Below, one piece after another: positions 1 through 14,500 of a stretch of 64,000 nt of DNA. The notes below the pieces were generated by a model. It did not search any database and was not told the origin of the DNA. It saw nothing but the letters and a program-made list of their open reading frames with translations. How positions within the stretch are numbered: the stretch's first letter is position 1; each line of letters begins with the position of its first letter. The stretch is from assembly GCF_009914755.1 (NCBI RefSeq), contig NC_060935.1; one strand, 5' to 3'. Origin of the DNA: the human T2T-CHM13v2.0 reference genome, Homo sapiens. Made by a program: the position numbers and the translations under genes.

Positions 1-234
1 CAGAGACGGAGCCATTAAGAAAATCTCCACACAGTTTAAGGGATTTATAGCACAAAAAGTATGTTTTCTGATCACTTTGTTGCTAAGATGGAGATCTGAA
101 ACAAAAATATTATTGAACTCTTGAAAGGTTGAAAATTAAGAAGTCACTTCTAAATAGTCCAGACCTCATTCCTTTTTATGGCTGCAGAGTATTCCATGGT
201 GTATATATACCACATTTTCTTTATCTAGTCTATC

Positions 235-568
<334 letters not shown>

Positions 569-739
569 TGATTCCATGTCCTTGCTATTGTATAGTGCTG
601 CAATGGCGTGCATGTGTCTTTATGATAGAATGACTTATATTCCTCTAGGTATATACCCAGTAAAAGGATTGCTGGGTTGAATGGTAGTTCTGTCTCTAGG
701 TGTCTGAGGAGTTACCATATCGTCTTCCACGATGGCTGA

Positions 740-1170
<431 letters not shown>

Positions 1171-1229
1171 TCCTTGTGGTTTTGATTTGCATCTCCAAAG
1201 AAATTTAAATGATTTTAAAATCTCACGTG

Positions 1230-2290
1230 TTTGCCCATGTAGTTACCATTTCCAGTAGAATGTAGATTTCTGTCTGATTTCACGCCGCTTCAGCCTGAGT
1301 GAATTTCTTGAACGTCATTCACGGCACGGTTCTGCCGGCGATGGAGCTTCAGCTTTTATATCTCCAAAATGTTCTTATTTAAATTTCGTTTGTGAAGGAT
1401 GTTTTACCCAGGCATAGCATTCTGATGCTGATGGGTTCTTTTTGTTTCAGCAATTTAAAGGTCTTGCTTTCCCGTCTTCTTGCATTGCGTCTTGTGGGAA
1501 ATCTGCGGCCATCCGTTCCTCTGCACGTACCGTGTTCCTTTTGCCTCTAGTTGCTTTTAAGATTCTCATTTTATCACTAGTTTAAACAATTTGATTATGA
1601 TGTACCTTGGCTTGGTTTTAGTCCTGTTTCCTGCCCTAGGGAGTCATTGAGTTTCTTGGTTTATAGTTTTCATTAAGTTTGGAAATGTTTCAGTCATTAT
1701 TTCTTCAAACATTTTTCTTTCTCCCTCCTGCCCCAAACATACACACATCTCTCCTTCAAGGAAGCCAATTATCCATATATTGGGCCACCTGGAGTTACAC
1801 CAGAACTCATCGATGCAGTTAAAAACATTTCTTTTGTCTCTCTGTATTTTATTTTGAATGGTTTCCATTTCTATGTCTTCAAATTCAGTATTCTTTTCTT
1901 TTGCTGTTAATCTCATCCAGTGTATTTTTTCATCTCAGGCATGGTAGTTTTTACTTTAGAAGTTGTATTTGAGTCTTTTAAACTATACTTCATGTCTTTA
2001 ACTTCTTGCAGCTGTGGAACACAGTTAGGAAGCTGTTTCAATGTCTTTTTCTGATAATTTTGTGTCCGTCTGCATCAGTTTCAGTTGGCTGATCTTCCTC
2101 ATTGTGGGGCATATTTTCCTGCCTTTTCGTGTGCTTAGTCATCTTTGATTGGTTGTTGTGCATTGTGAATTGTACCTTTTTGGGTGTTCAGCATTTTGTA
2201 CTCTTATACATTTTGTTTGGACTTTGTCCTGGGCTGCATGCAGTTCAGTTACTTGGAAGCAGGTTGATTCTTTCAGGCTTTACTTTATGA
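1230..2290 (-). mobile_element. Old L1 (L1M) ORF1-region remnant
   Basis: ORF 1644-1916 contains PNIWIIGFLEGE...MFEEIMTETFPNL, resembling L1 ORF1p NIRIIGVPEGE...IFEEIMAENFPNL. Confidence 0.8.
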
Positions 2291-2699
2291 TTTGTTTGAT
2301 GACCCCAGGCAGGCACACTCAGGGACGGTGAGAGAATGGAGACGGTTGAACACACTCTGCGCAGCAGCCTGCTGCACCTTCCTGGGAGGGGCATCCCATC
2401 CCAACATACACCGGGGTGGGAACTGGGAGGAGGCCAGTGTTTCAGCGACACTCACGGCGAGAGTGAGTCCACTCCAGGGTGCACCAAGAAAATGCACAAG
2501 TGAGCCTGTAGCCCAGGAGAGGCCTGACCTGAGGAGGGGAGGCTGGAGAGGTGGGCAACCCCAGGAGAACACAGAGCAGGGGCCGCTGCCTCCTCAGTCG
2601 GCACTGCTCAGAAAGCGCACGCAGTGGTAGGAAAGCGTCCACCAGACTGAGCAGGAGGCGGAGTGCAGAGACTGAATGAGCCTGTACCATACCATCCAA

Positions 2700-2865
2700 C
2701 ACACCCATGCACACACACACACACATATCACACCACCACACACACATCACACACGCTCACATCTCACACACATATACTCACACACATCACACCCATGCAC
2801 ACACACACTCACACAGATCACACCCACACACACACACACGCAGACTCAAATCACACACTCACACC
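2700..2865. repeat. Degenerate (CA)n
   Basis: Direct reading of the sequence. Confidence 0.92.
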
Positions 2866-4729
2866 CAGGGGAGAAAGAACAGACCTTGGAACCATGTTGA
2901 TCAGGAGCCCGGGAGGAGGCAAGCCTGCCTTGGCCTTGGGGAGGACTGACACATGGTCTGCCAGTCAGAGGTGCTCCCACCGTGACCACCTGGAACCTTT
3001 CCATTCAGTGAACGCTCCAGGAGGGCGTCAGGGTCTCGAGGACACAGCTGAATGAGTGGGCCGCGTCTTCAAGGCCTGGCAGGGGAAGCTGAGCAGCCTG
3101 CACCCCAGATGCATTGTGATGGAAGCTTCTGTGGGCCATGGGCAAGAAGTAACTGGGAGTGGGAAGGCCCTGTCACGACACCAGGAGGGGCATGGCCTAG
3201 ACCAGGCAGTGGGTGGAGCGGGCAGCTGTGCCGGCCTCTGTGCCTCTGGTCCGGGGCAGTCCATGTAATTTCATCCAGGGGCTCTAGAAATCTCATGAAG
3301 GGTTCAGACAATGACAGGATGGCCAGAGGGGATCGGGGGTGGCAGTGGGGTGGGGAGGCCTAGAGACCCAAGGATGATGAGATCCAGCCCCCGGGCGTGG
3401 TCAGTGTGGCAGGGCAGGGTGTGTGGCTGCTGGGTGACAGAAGGGCTCGAGGCTGGTCGCCTGGAGGGCGTTTTGAAGCCAGGGTGGACGCTGATCCATC
3501 CTGAGACCAGGAATCCAGGGCATGGGAGAGACGACGCCTGGGTTTGGGGCACCTGAAGGGTAACCAAACACGTATCGTGGCCGAGACTTAGGAGTGACCA
3601 TCTGGGGTGATTTCCAAGGGCTGGGGGGCAGAAGCCACTATCGGGGGGGACCTGGCAGCCCCTCACCCACACTGACCCAGGCTCCAGTTGCTTCTTGAGT
3701 TCCTATGGCCTCGGAGCAGGACACCCCACACCCTGTGCTCACCACAAAGAAGCCAGGATTTGAGGGACTGGTGGAAGCTACCCAGAGACTTTGGGTCTCC
3801 AGGGACTGTAATGAGAGACACAGCTGTGGCAAGGTCCAGCCTCCTCCTGACTGGGCCCAGCCACCCATGCAGTGCACGGATCAGGGCTCAGCAGGGCCCT
3901 GTGTGTGATGGGGAGAGCCAGACTCTGCACCAGCTCCGGGAGCCCACAAGCCAGGGGTCCAGGTGTGCCTCCCAAGCCAGGCATCCTGAGCCTTTCTGTG
4001 GGACAGTCCTCATGCCAGGGGACTCAGCAGGTGGACGGGAAGGCCCTTAGCCTCATTTACTCATTGAACAGACCTGCGTGGCGTCTCCGGCACAGGTGGC
4101 CTCTCCTCCTCCACTTCCACTCCAAGGCCCACTGGGACTGCACTGGCAGGCAGTGGCAGATGAGGAATGCCAGGGGCGGGGTGGCAGGCTAGGGGTAGGG
4201 TCAGGAAAGGCCTCACAGAGAAGGTGACACCTGAGCATGGACAAAAGGAGGTAAGGACAAGCCCTGCAGTACCTTTCCGGAGGTTCTGTGTTCCCCTCGA
4301 ACAGGGACAAGCGGCCAGTGCACATACAAGAGCCACGGGGCTGGCTACTTACCGAGGAATGCACGTCAGAACCAGTAGGACAGCTGCCATCCCAAAGCCA
4401 GACCACGACAAGCGCTGGGCGTGGGGGAGTCAGTCGGAGCTGCCTGTGCTGCTGGGGATGGGCCGTGGTGCCAACGCTATGGGGCCGTGGGCTCCTCACA
4501 CATGTAAACCTACGGTTGCCATTCCACCCATCAAGCCCGCTCCTGGGAATGTGCCTACAGGAAATGAAACCCTAAGTCCACACGCAAATGCGTGCATGAA
4601 CACTCATAGCACTCCATCTCCTTTGGCCAAAAAGGGCCAACAGCCCAAATGTCTACCATCTGATGACAGGATTAAGCAAATGGGGTCCATCCATACAATG
4701 GAACATGACTCAGCCATGAAAAGGAAGGG

Positions 4730-5137
4730 GATATGGTTTGGATCTGTGTCCCCACCCAAATCTCATGTTGAATTGTAACCCCCAGTGTTGGAGGTGGGGT
4801 CTGGTGGGAGGTGATTTGATCACGGGGGTGGATTTCTCATGAATGGCTTAGCACCATCCTCTTGGTGCTGTCTTTGCAATACTGAGTGAGTTCTCCCCAG
4901 ATCCGGTTGTTTAAAAGTGTGTGGCACCTCCCCTGCTGTGTCTCTCTGATTCCGCCATGTGAGACACCAGCTTCCCCATCACCTTCTCACCTTCCTGAGG
5001 CCTCCACGGAAGCCGAGTGGATGCCTGGCGCCATGTTCCCATACAGCCTGCGGAACTATGAGCCAATTAAACCCCCTTTTTCTAAATTACCCAGTCTCAG
5101 GTATTTCTTTATAGCAGTGCGAGAATGGAGTAACACA
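4730..5137 (+). mobile_element. MaLR solo LTR (MSTA/MSTB-like)
   Basis: Starts gatatggtttggatctgtgtccccacccaaatctcatgttgaattgtaa and ends cccagtctcaggtatttctttatagcagtgcgagaatggagtaacaca. Confidence 0.9.
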
Positions 5138-5193
5138 GAGGGAAATTCTGGCACATGCGACAATGTGGAGGAGCCTTGAAGACACTACGCTCA

Positions 5194-5622
<429 letters not shown>

Positions 5623-6069
5623 CTAGGGGAGGGAATGCGGAGTCGGTGTTCGATGGGGGTGGGGGTTCAGTGTGGGAAGGTGAGAAAGTTCTGGAGATGG
5701 ATGCCGGTGACATCTGCACGACGTCGTGAATGTACATAGTGCCACAGAACAGTGCACTTAAACACGGTGAAGATGATCGAATTCACAGTGTGTCTATTTT
5801 GCCACAATAAATAAAGGAATCCATATTTTCCTATCTATTTTTAGACTATCATGTGGGGATTTGGCAGTGATCAGGTTACTCGATTTGGTGCAGTTAGAAA
5901 AGTTCGTCACTGTTTAAGCAAATAGGAAAGCCGTTTATCCTGCCTAGCTGTGAGAAAATCCCCTAGCGTCTTTGAAACTCTTCGGGAGCGCCCCCCCTCC
6001 CACACGCCTCCTTCAGGCTCCACCCAGTGCCGGGCATTTGATTCTGCTGCTTCGTGCACACCAGACCGG

Positions 6070-6260
6070 CACTGGGCACCGGGCCGTCATCTGCTTCTGT
6101 TAATAAAGTTTTATTGACACTCTGCCCCCATCATTTTTATGTATGGCCTAAGGTTGCTTCCAATGGTGGAACTGAGTCATTACAACAGAGACCTGGAGAC
6201 CACAAACCCTAAAATACCACGTCAGATCCGCATGTGGAACACCCTATTGCCAAATATCTG
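6070..6260. mobile_element. MER58-like hAT-Charlie MITE remnant
   Basis: aataaagttttattg...caacagagacc...cacaaaccctaaaata resembles the MER58A consensus. Confidence 0.6.
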
Positions 6261-6859
6261 CTTGGAGCTGTGTACATTTTTCCTCGATCCCACGACTAAA
6301 ACCAATTGTAATAAAACACGATAAAATTAATTTTGAAAATCCAAATGCTTGATCTAAAAAAAAATGTGGCCCCAGGATGTGGGCCTTTGAGCAGAAAGCC
6401 TGGCCGCACAAGGAGGGGCTGTGGAGGTGAGGGCAGGGCTGGTGGGCTAGGGCTGAGCGGTTTCTGGAGTCCCAGGAGGCCTCAGGAGATGTGGGGAGCT
6501 GGGCAGTCGGCCCGGAGGGCAGGGCAGGGACCACCCAGACATGGAAGGTGTGGAGGCCAGCTCTGAAAATGGGGTGGGACAGAAAGGGAAGAAAGGGGCA
6601 TGAGCCAGCAGCCGGGCAGTCAGAGCCAGGGGCCCAGGGAGCAGTGTGGTTTGGGTAACGGGTGTTTGCCTGCATCAGGCACTGCCCTGTCTGGGGAAAA
6701 ACAGAGCCAAGAAAGGACTCGTGGGTTTGGCCACCTAGAGGCCACCAGAGGCCTTGAAGAGAGCTGCTTTGGGGAGGTGGGACAGTCCCGTGGATGTGGT
6801 TCAGAGGAGGTAGGAGAGGAGCACAGCCCAGAGCAGAAGCGCTCGTCTTCGGAGCCAGC

Positions 6860-7185
6860 AGGTGGAATTAATGGCCGCAAAGGTGTCTGATCCTCATCTC
6901 TGAATGTGACCTAATGAGGAAGAAGGGTCTGTGCAGGTGTGAGGAGGTGAACGGCTTTGAGATGGCAATCCGGTCCTGGACCATCTGAACACCATAAACG
7001 CCAACACAAGGTGGTTATAAGAGGGAGGCAGCTGGAGATTTGATGACAGAGGGGCGGAGGAGGCAGTGTGAAGACAGAGGCAGAGATGAGAGGAACGGGA
7101 CCACATAGCATGGAACCGCGGGAGCCCCCAGGAGCTGAGAGATGCAGGAAGGGTTCCGCCTAGAGCCTCAGAGAGAGCTGGCCTT
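6860..7185 (+). mobile_element. MLT1-type LTR fragment
   Basis: tgaatgtgacctaa...ttataagagggaggcag...gtgaagacagaggcagagat...cctagagcctcagag. Confidence 0.7.
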
Positions 7186-7326
7186 AGACACGGTGAGGTC
7201 TTAAGAGAGGGTGTGGTCTTAGAGGGGGTGTGGCCTCTAGTGAGGGTGTGGCCTTAGAGAGGGTGTGGTTTCTAGTGAGGGTGTGGCCTTAGAGAGGGTG
7301 TGGCCTCTAGAGAGGCTGTGGCCTCT
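7170..7326. repeat. 17-18-bp minisatellite (agagagggtgtggcctt/ct), ~9 units
   Basis: Direct reading of the sequence. Confidence 0.9.
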
Positions 7327-10300
7327 GTGCCAGCAGATTCACTGCTAGAGTGAATAGATGGGTGTATAGGATCCTCATGTCCCCAGCTGACAGTTCAGGC
7401 CCTCAGATCTGGGAATCAAATTAAAGAGTGTTCTGAGTCCAGGGTCCCGAGGAATGCTACCACCGGATGAGGGGCGAGTGTAAGGGCAGAGGTGGGTTGG
7501 GTCCTGGAAGCTGGGCAGTGACTCATCTGGAGCCCCCCTAGGCCTGGCCAGCTGGGCCTGCCACCCTCATGCCCCACCCTCCAGCACCCCCGATGCTGCT
7601 GCTCAGGGCCACCTGGAAGCTGAGCCCCATCTGGCTCCTAAAGTCAGCATGAAGACCCCGAGGCCACCAAGCATGCCAAAAATAATTCAGCTAGGGGAGG
7701 AAGGTGAGGGGCTAAGTTCTAAATAGGGCACAGCCACAAGCAGCACCAGCCTCACTGCCCTCTGCCCCTTGTTGATGCTGGGCCAACAGACCCTGTCGTA
7801 AGGATGCCTGGTCCTGGACTCCCTACCCCCGCATGGCAGGGCCAGGCAGGCCTGTGGCCAGCAGCTGCCTGGGTTTAAAGGGGGCTCCAGTCCTCATAAA
7901 GGCCATGGGGAGGGCGGGCATGGGGTCTGCTCAGCAGGTACCCCCTGTCCTGCTGGCCACCTGGTAGCCTCCTGACCCCTGGCCCCTCTCGGCTCACCCA
8001 GGAGCCACCACGCCCTACCCACTGGATTAACTGGGCTTTGCACATCATTTCCAAAAGACACTGGGCCACAAAACTCCCATTCAGCCTTGTGACGTTATCG
8101 GCTCTCTGACCCCAGCCTGCTTCCCGGCCCCCCGGCCCCCTCCACAGGCCTGCTCATCTGGCTATGCAGCCTCCAACATCTGGACTGATGAAAAGCCACC
8201 GCCACTGCCATCCCCACAGGCAAGTGCGCACAGAGGCAAGCGGGCCGTGTCTATGCGCACACTTGTATGTCCAGGGCTTGGCTGTCCAGGGCTGAGGGCA
8301 GGACAAGAGCCACAGCAGCTTTGAAGACATCGGATTCTGGGGCTGGGCTCAGAGTGGCCGCCACCTTGCAGGGTCCCACCAAGACCACTGCAGCCTGGAA
8401 TTTCCTGCTGACACTGGACGTAGGAGGCCTGGAGGGCCTGCAGGGGTCAGCCAGCGCCTCCAGGACCCTCACTCAAACCTTGTCCCACGCCTTACCACCT
8501 TGCACCTGGTCTTCCCACACCAGGAAAAGCCCCTCCCATCCTCCAGACCCCAAAACTCTCAGGCGGCCCCCACACTCTTGGAAGCCCATGACTTGTCACA
8601 TCTTCTGGGGAGTTTTGGGCCCCAGTACAGCCCACAGCACAACCTCCTGAGGGGCTTGGTTTATTTATATTTTTACTGTAATGACTTACTTGAAATTTTG
8701 CTTATTTATTATCTTTTTATCTCTGACACCCTGAGGGGCTTGGGAAGGGTGAACGGAGTGACACTCTGGAGGGGGCCACAGGCTAACCTGCAGGCCTCAC
8801 ATGTGGGTGGAGGTGGAAGAAGGGGCTTGGATTCTGGGTCCTGGCTGCACAGCCCCGGTCGGAGGCCTGTGGGGCTGGGGGCTGGGGAGCTGGCCCCCAG
8901 GCTGTAATTACCAGGCTCACCTCCACCTGAAGTGGGGTGTGGTGGCCTCAGCCCCAAATTACAGAGCACAGCTGCATGGTACAGTGCGGGCAGGAAAACA
9001 GGGCCTGCTCCTGTCCGGCTCCCAAGCCCTTTTCCCAGCTGGCTTCGCCTCTGCTGAGCCTGGCCACCCCAGAACCAGCAGGTGGGCTCCAGGGAAGCCC
9101 TGCAGCCAGGCCAGCCCTGCCCACTCTTGTGTCCATGCTCTGACAGCAGCCAGAGGGGCCCTGGCAAAGGATGAGCAAGGGCTGGAGCCCCCTCTGCTCC
9201 CACCCCACACTCTCATCTCACCCAGGAGTCCTCTGCATCTGCGTCCCCTGTGGGTGCAACACAGGACCACAAACTCGGTGGTTTAAAGCAACAGAAATGG
9301 GTTCTGTCCCAATTCTGGGGGGCCAGAATTTAGAAATGCAGGTGTCAGCAGGGCTGGGCTTCCTCCAGGAGCTACGGGAGGGTCCCTCCTGCCTCTTCCC
9401 GCTTCCAGGGGCTGCTGGAGCTCCTGGGCCTGCGGGTACATCACTCGCCTGTCTCTGCCATCACAGCTGGCACTCCACACCCTTACTTTGTTCATTCCTG
9501 TCAGCCCACGGGAATGTGGACCTCAAGACAGGAGAGCCGGGATCTCTGTCCTCTCCCTGCTGCACCCCAGCCACCAGCATGGCTGCAGAGCCCAAGACAG
9601 CAGACGGAGGAGGTAGTGCGGTGTGCGCCTTTGGGGCCGGTGGCTCGGGAAGGGCAGGCAGAGCCCTCTACGGGGGACTATGTCCTTTGTGGATGGGCAG
9701 AACAGTGCACAGTGGGAGTGCCTTGCACTAACAGATTGGAAACTGAGGCACAGAGGGGAAAAGCGTCCCTGGTCCTCCGGCCTGGTGGAGCATGAGAATC
9801 TGGCGCAACTGGCTTTGCTGTGGACTGACTAGTGGACGCTCTCAGGCCCAGGGTCCGGGGTCTGTGCCTGCCAAGCACCCAGGTGATACGTGGGATGGTT
9901 ACTGAGAGCTGCCAGGGCTCCACCGTGTGCTGGGTATGCTGCCAGGGGTCCACACATGAGGCCCTTCACCCTCCTAGCAACTATGAGATGCTCATCATTT
10001 AGAAGGGGAAACTGAGGCTCATGTTGGAGTATTGAGGAACGCCTTCCAGCACCACTGTGCAAGCGGTAGGCCTGCCTGGGGCAGTGGGGAGACAGTTCCC
10101 GGAGGGCAGCAGAAGCAGCAAGCGCCCAGAGTCTGGCCCATGCCAAGCCTTGGGGCCCCTGGAAGACCAGCCTGATGGCAGAGGCTGAGGCTTCCCCGTG
10201 GGCTCCAGGGGAGGTGGGAGGCCAGGCTGGCTTTGACAAGCCCCCACTGTCTCCTTCCAGCAGCCCCAGCCAGTCCCAGCCCCTGCCTTGGGGCTTCTCA

Positions 10301-11477
10301 GCCTAGGACTGGCTCATCCCCGCTTGCTGCCCACATCAGCCCCATCTAGTCCCTCCTGCAAGCCCCCGCTCCATCAACCCTCTTTCCTACACCCCAACCA
10401 TTGCCTGGGGTCCTGCCTTCCAGCTCCATGCTGACTGCACACCCTGAGCCCTCGCCAGCTGCCCAGGGAGCTCCTGGGGCCAGTGCAAAGCTATCCATCC
10501 CCTCTGCAGCCACCCTGGCCCTAAGCAAGCAAGAGCTCCCAGCCATGACTGGACAAGGTCCTGGGTGAAGGAACAAACAAGGGAAGCTTCTGGGGAGGCT
10601 GGGGAGGCTCCTGGTCAGCAGGAGGCTGCCAGGTGCGGGTAGTAACTGACTCACCCGGTAAGTCTTCTGAGGAGGCCCGGGCCAGTGGAACTCCCAACCA
10701 GGTCCCCGGGGAGGAGGCTGCCTGGCAGGCTGGATGGGAGCCGAGGCCAGAGTGTGCCTGGAGCAGCCCCTGGCTCAGCCAGGCAGCAGCTTGGGGCCTC
10801 GCCAGGTGGTGGCTGCCAGCCTCCCTGTGAGAGCCGCCGCCTGTGGTTTGAGGCTTTCTGGCTCCCAGGCTGGCTTCCTGCCCAGTGGGTGGTGAGGCTG
10901 TGATTGCAGCAGGTCCCACCTGGCCCCTCCTGGGGCTGGGCCCTGCACCAGCTCCTGCCTTTACCGGCTGGGTGATGAGGAAAGGGGGCTGAACCCCAGC
11001 CCAGTCCCCTGACCTGCTGATGACAGACCCACCTCGGGTGGGGGCTAAGGAGGTGCTGTGTGGGAGGGGCCTAGCATGGTGCCTACTGAATCAGATGCCC
11101 CGAGATGGACTGAAACCACGGAGGAGGGAAAAAAATGAGCCCCTGGGAAGGTCTGGAAGTTGTGTGGAAGAACTGACATTTGAGCTGGGTACGGAAATGC
11201 AGCAGGGAGGAAAGGAGGTGGCGCTCCTCACCGAGAAGCCAGCCCAGCTAAGGCAAGGTGTGGCCAGGCGCTACACTTTCCAGCATGGCAGGAGCCTGGG
11301 TGTGTGGATGTCAGAGGAGAGGGCCACGGGAGCAGGCAGGATGGCGAGGACCCAGAGAACCAGGCCACAGAGCTTGGACTGGGACCAAAGGTGCTGGGGA
11401 ACCCTGGGGGGTTTGGAACAGAGCAGCGCCCCACTCGCCAGCCTGGCCATGACCAAACAATCAGCAGGACCCCCCAT

Positions 11478-11567
11478 GCACTCACCCAAGAGGAGCTTCC
11501 TGCTGGCCACAGTGACAAGAATTGCACTCACCCAAGAAGAGGGCCCTGCCGGCCACAGCGATGAGAC
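11478..11567. repeat. 46-bp tandem duplication
   Basis: gcactcacccaaga(g/a)gag...cctgc(t/c)ggccacag(t/c)ga occurs twice. Confidence 0.8.
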
Positions 11568-14500
11568 TCTGTCTCCAAAAGCTGGCAGTGCCCCATGGAC
11601 TGGCATGTGGCTTCACAAGAGAGATGGGGGCTCTCAGGGAGGTCATGTGGCAGAGAGGGGAAGGCAGGGTATGGGCAAAAGGCAGAGACAGGAACATGCA
11701 GGACGAGTGCCCAGGACAAGGAGGAACCCCCGGACCAGAAGCCTGACTTGGCCAGGGCCTGAATGTCAGGAATCGTCATCATGGCCTGACACGCCGCTGG
11801 CTGTAGACTCGTGGAGTCCTTGTGGCACCTGGCCCAGAAAGCTTCCCACGCACAGCCCAGGGCACTCTCCTGGGATTATGGTAAGTGTCTGTGGCCTCTC
11901 AAAGCCTAGTCCCCGAGCTGCCAGGCATGGAGGAGGGTGGCAGTGGTGCCCCAGGCCAGCCTGGATGCTGGGCGGCACAGCCCTGAGCTGGATGGCCCGG
12001 GAGGCTAAGGCCAGCTCTGCCCAGGAGACCCCAGCAGCTACTGGCTCCATGCCAACATTTGCGTGAGGGTCCCGGGGGAAAGCTGGGTGCCATCGCTAGC
12101 TAAAAACTGCTGGCAAACAAAACGGAGGGTTTGGTTGTGCAATGGAAAGGTGAAACCGCAAAGGAGCCCGTGTAACACTTCCCGGGGTTCCTGGGCTCTT
12201 CTGAGACTGGCTTGGGGCTTTGGGTTTGGCCGAGGGTGTAAGATCCCGGGAGCAGGAGGCAAGGACTAGAGGGGTATGTGCACGCCCCAGGGCTTGGTCA
12301 CAGGCACGGTCCCTGCGAACATGCCATCTGCACAGGCTGGGATACTCCAGGCCCACCTGTGCCCTGGGGCCCCTGGGTGGATGGACATCCCCAGAAGGAC
12401 GTGGTCCCTAATCCTGCCTGGTCAGCTCATCCTGGGACCCCAGGGACCAGACCAGAGCATGTCACTAAGTAGGGGACCCCCATCAGGTGGAGGCGGAGCC
12501 TCTCTATTCCTGCCGCTGTCCCTCCCCAGGCTCGACCCCAGGGCCTGGTGGCCTAAAGACAGGCCAGAATGGAGCTGGAGTCCCACTGGACACTGTACAG
12601 AGTGGAAAACTGAAGCCCGGGAGCAGCTTCCCAGGGCTCCATGCCCAGCCCCTCCCCAGGGCCCAGGCACACAGGGATACTCCGTGCACCCAGGGACAGG
12701 TTTCCAGTAGGGCCGTCTGTCCAGGCCACCTGGGCACATACTGGGTCCCCCTTCCTTGTTCCCAGAGTTTCAGAGGTGCAGCCAGGTTGGGACAGGAAAA
12801 AGCCTGGGGGCCAAAGGGCCGCTTGGACCCCAGAGTGCCCCGTGTGGACACCACGTCACCCTGTGGGAGGCCAAGGCCCACCTCAACCTCCCTCTCCAGC
12901 CTCTGTCCCCAGCAGCCCATGCTTTCTCATCCCACAAGGACCCCTCGCCCAGGCCCGACTGGTCATCCCCAGTGGGATATGGCACAACTTTGGGGGAGCA
13001 GCCTTGGGGTTGTAGCGTTGGGGGTGCAGGGGTAGGTCTAAGGCACCTACCCCTTAGGTAGGTAGGAGATGACCATGACTGATGGTCATCCCCATAGAAC
13101 CACCCCAACACGCTCTCACACCTCCCAGCTCAACAAAGACCTTCCAGAGCCTTCTCTGGCCAGCCCAGGCCAGACACCAAGAATGCAGCGGTCAATAGGA
13201 CCTGCCCTCACCAAGTGCACACCTATCCGTGGGTCCTCACTGGCCAAGAGCTCCTTCCTCTCCTCACCCCCATTTCTCATCTCACCAGCCCTGCCCCAGC
13301 TCCCTGCAGGCCCTCGCCCTGCCCACCCCTCTTGTCCCGACGGGTCTCAGAGTCCTGGCCACCAGAACCCAAAGATGTCAAGACTTCCCTCTAACGAACC
13401 TGATGTCTTGGATTCCTTCTAGAGAAGGCCAGGTCTCAGCCAACAGCCCAGCGGCTCCCCAAGGCTTCCATGTTTCTCCTGACAGCAAGCTCATCCCTCC
13501 ACAGCACAACACTTTTCAAAGGTGCTGGTGGTTAGAAAGTTCCACCTTCCAGACCCCTCCTCACAAAAGCATCTCCCAGGCCCCACAGGTCCGGTTACTG
13601 GGGGAAGTGGCAGCACCGATTTTGAAATCCTTTTGAAAATGTTTTTCCTTTGTTTTGTTTTATTTAGAAATTTCCCAAATTTTTACCAAGTTAAAGAGAC
13701 AACCACAAGAATGTGTAGCCAGGGTGAACAATTGGCATAAACAGCCCCTCCCCCACTGCCCAGCCTCCCCCCAAACCACGGCCCCCCAACTCAGCAGCAA
13801 AAAATGCCAGACATGTATAAGAAAATAGAAGCCGTGAGGATAGAGCTGGGTGAGGAGCACAGGCCCCATGCCTGGGCTGCAGCGTGCACACAGGGACCAC
13901 GCACGTGCACCCATGTACACACGCACCTGCACACATGCACATACATGCTTGCACATACGTACGCACGCCAGCATGCACATCACACACAGGGCCTCAGGGT
14001 AACCTTTTCCCCAGTCCCGGCTGTGATATTGCGAAAGGAGCTCAGGGTGGGGGGCGGGCTGCTGGGTCCAGGCCCCCACCGTCCTGCCTAGCAGTCATTT
14101 GGTTTCTCTTTGCCTCAGTTTCCCTTTCTCTGCCCCTCACACCTCCCAAAGTCCTTTGGAGAATCCGTGAGATGGGGGGGTGACAGGCCCTGTATGTCAG
14201 CACACACAGCCACGTGATGTGGGACCCCAGCCCGTGTCCCGCAGAGGCCCTTGCAGCTGGGGACCCAGGGCCTGCTCCAGGGCACAGTGGGTCCCCTTTG
14301 GCCATAGCAACCCTGCCCTGGCCTGCCTTAGACCTACCCCTGCAACCCCAAGGCTACAACCCCAAGGCTGCACCCCCAAAGTTGTGCCACCCAAGGCTGT
14401 ACCAGAGGCTGAACCCCCAAGGCAGCATGCCCCTCAAGTCTGTGCCCCCAGGCTGTCTGCCCCACAGCATCCCCAGCTCCTCCCTAGACCCCTTCCATAC

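Noticed and set aside
11020-12066. 348-aa ATG ORF on the + strand
   Set aside because: It has no recognisable domain, a GC-driven composition, spans a non-triplet 46-bp duplication, and shows no promoter or exon support. PhyloCSF or Ribo-seq would be needed to revive it.
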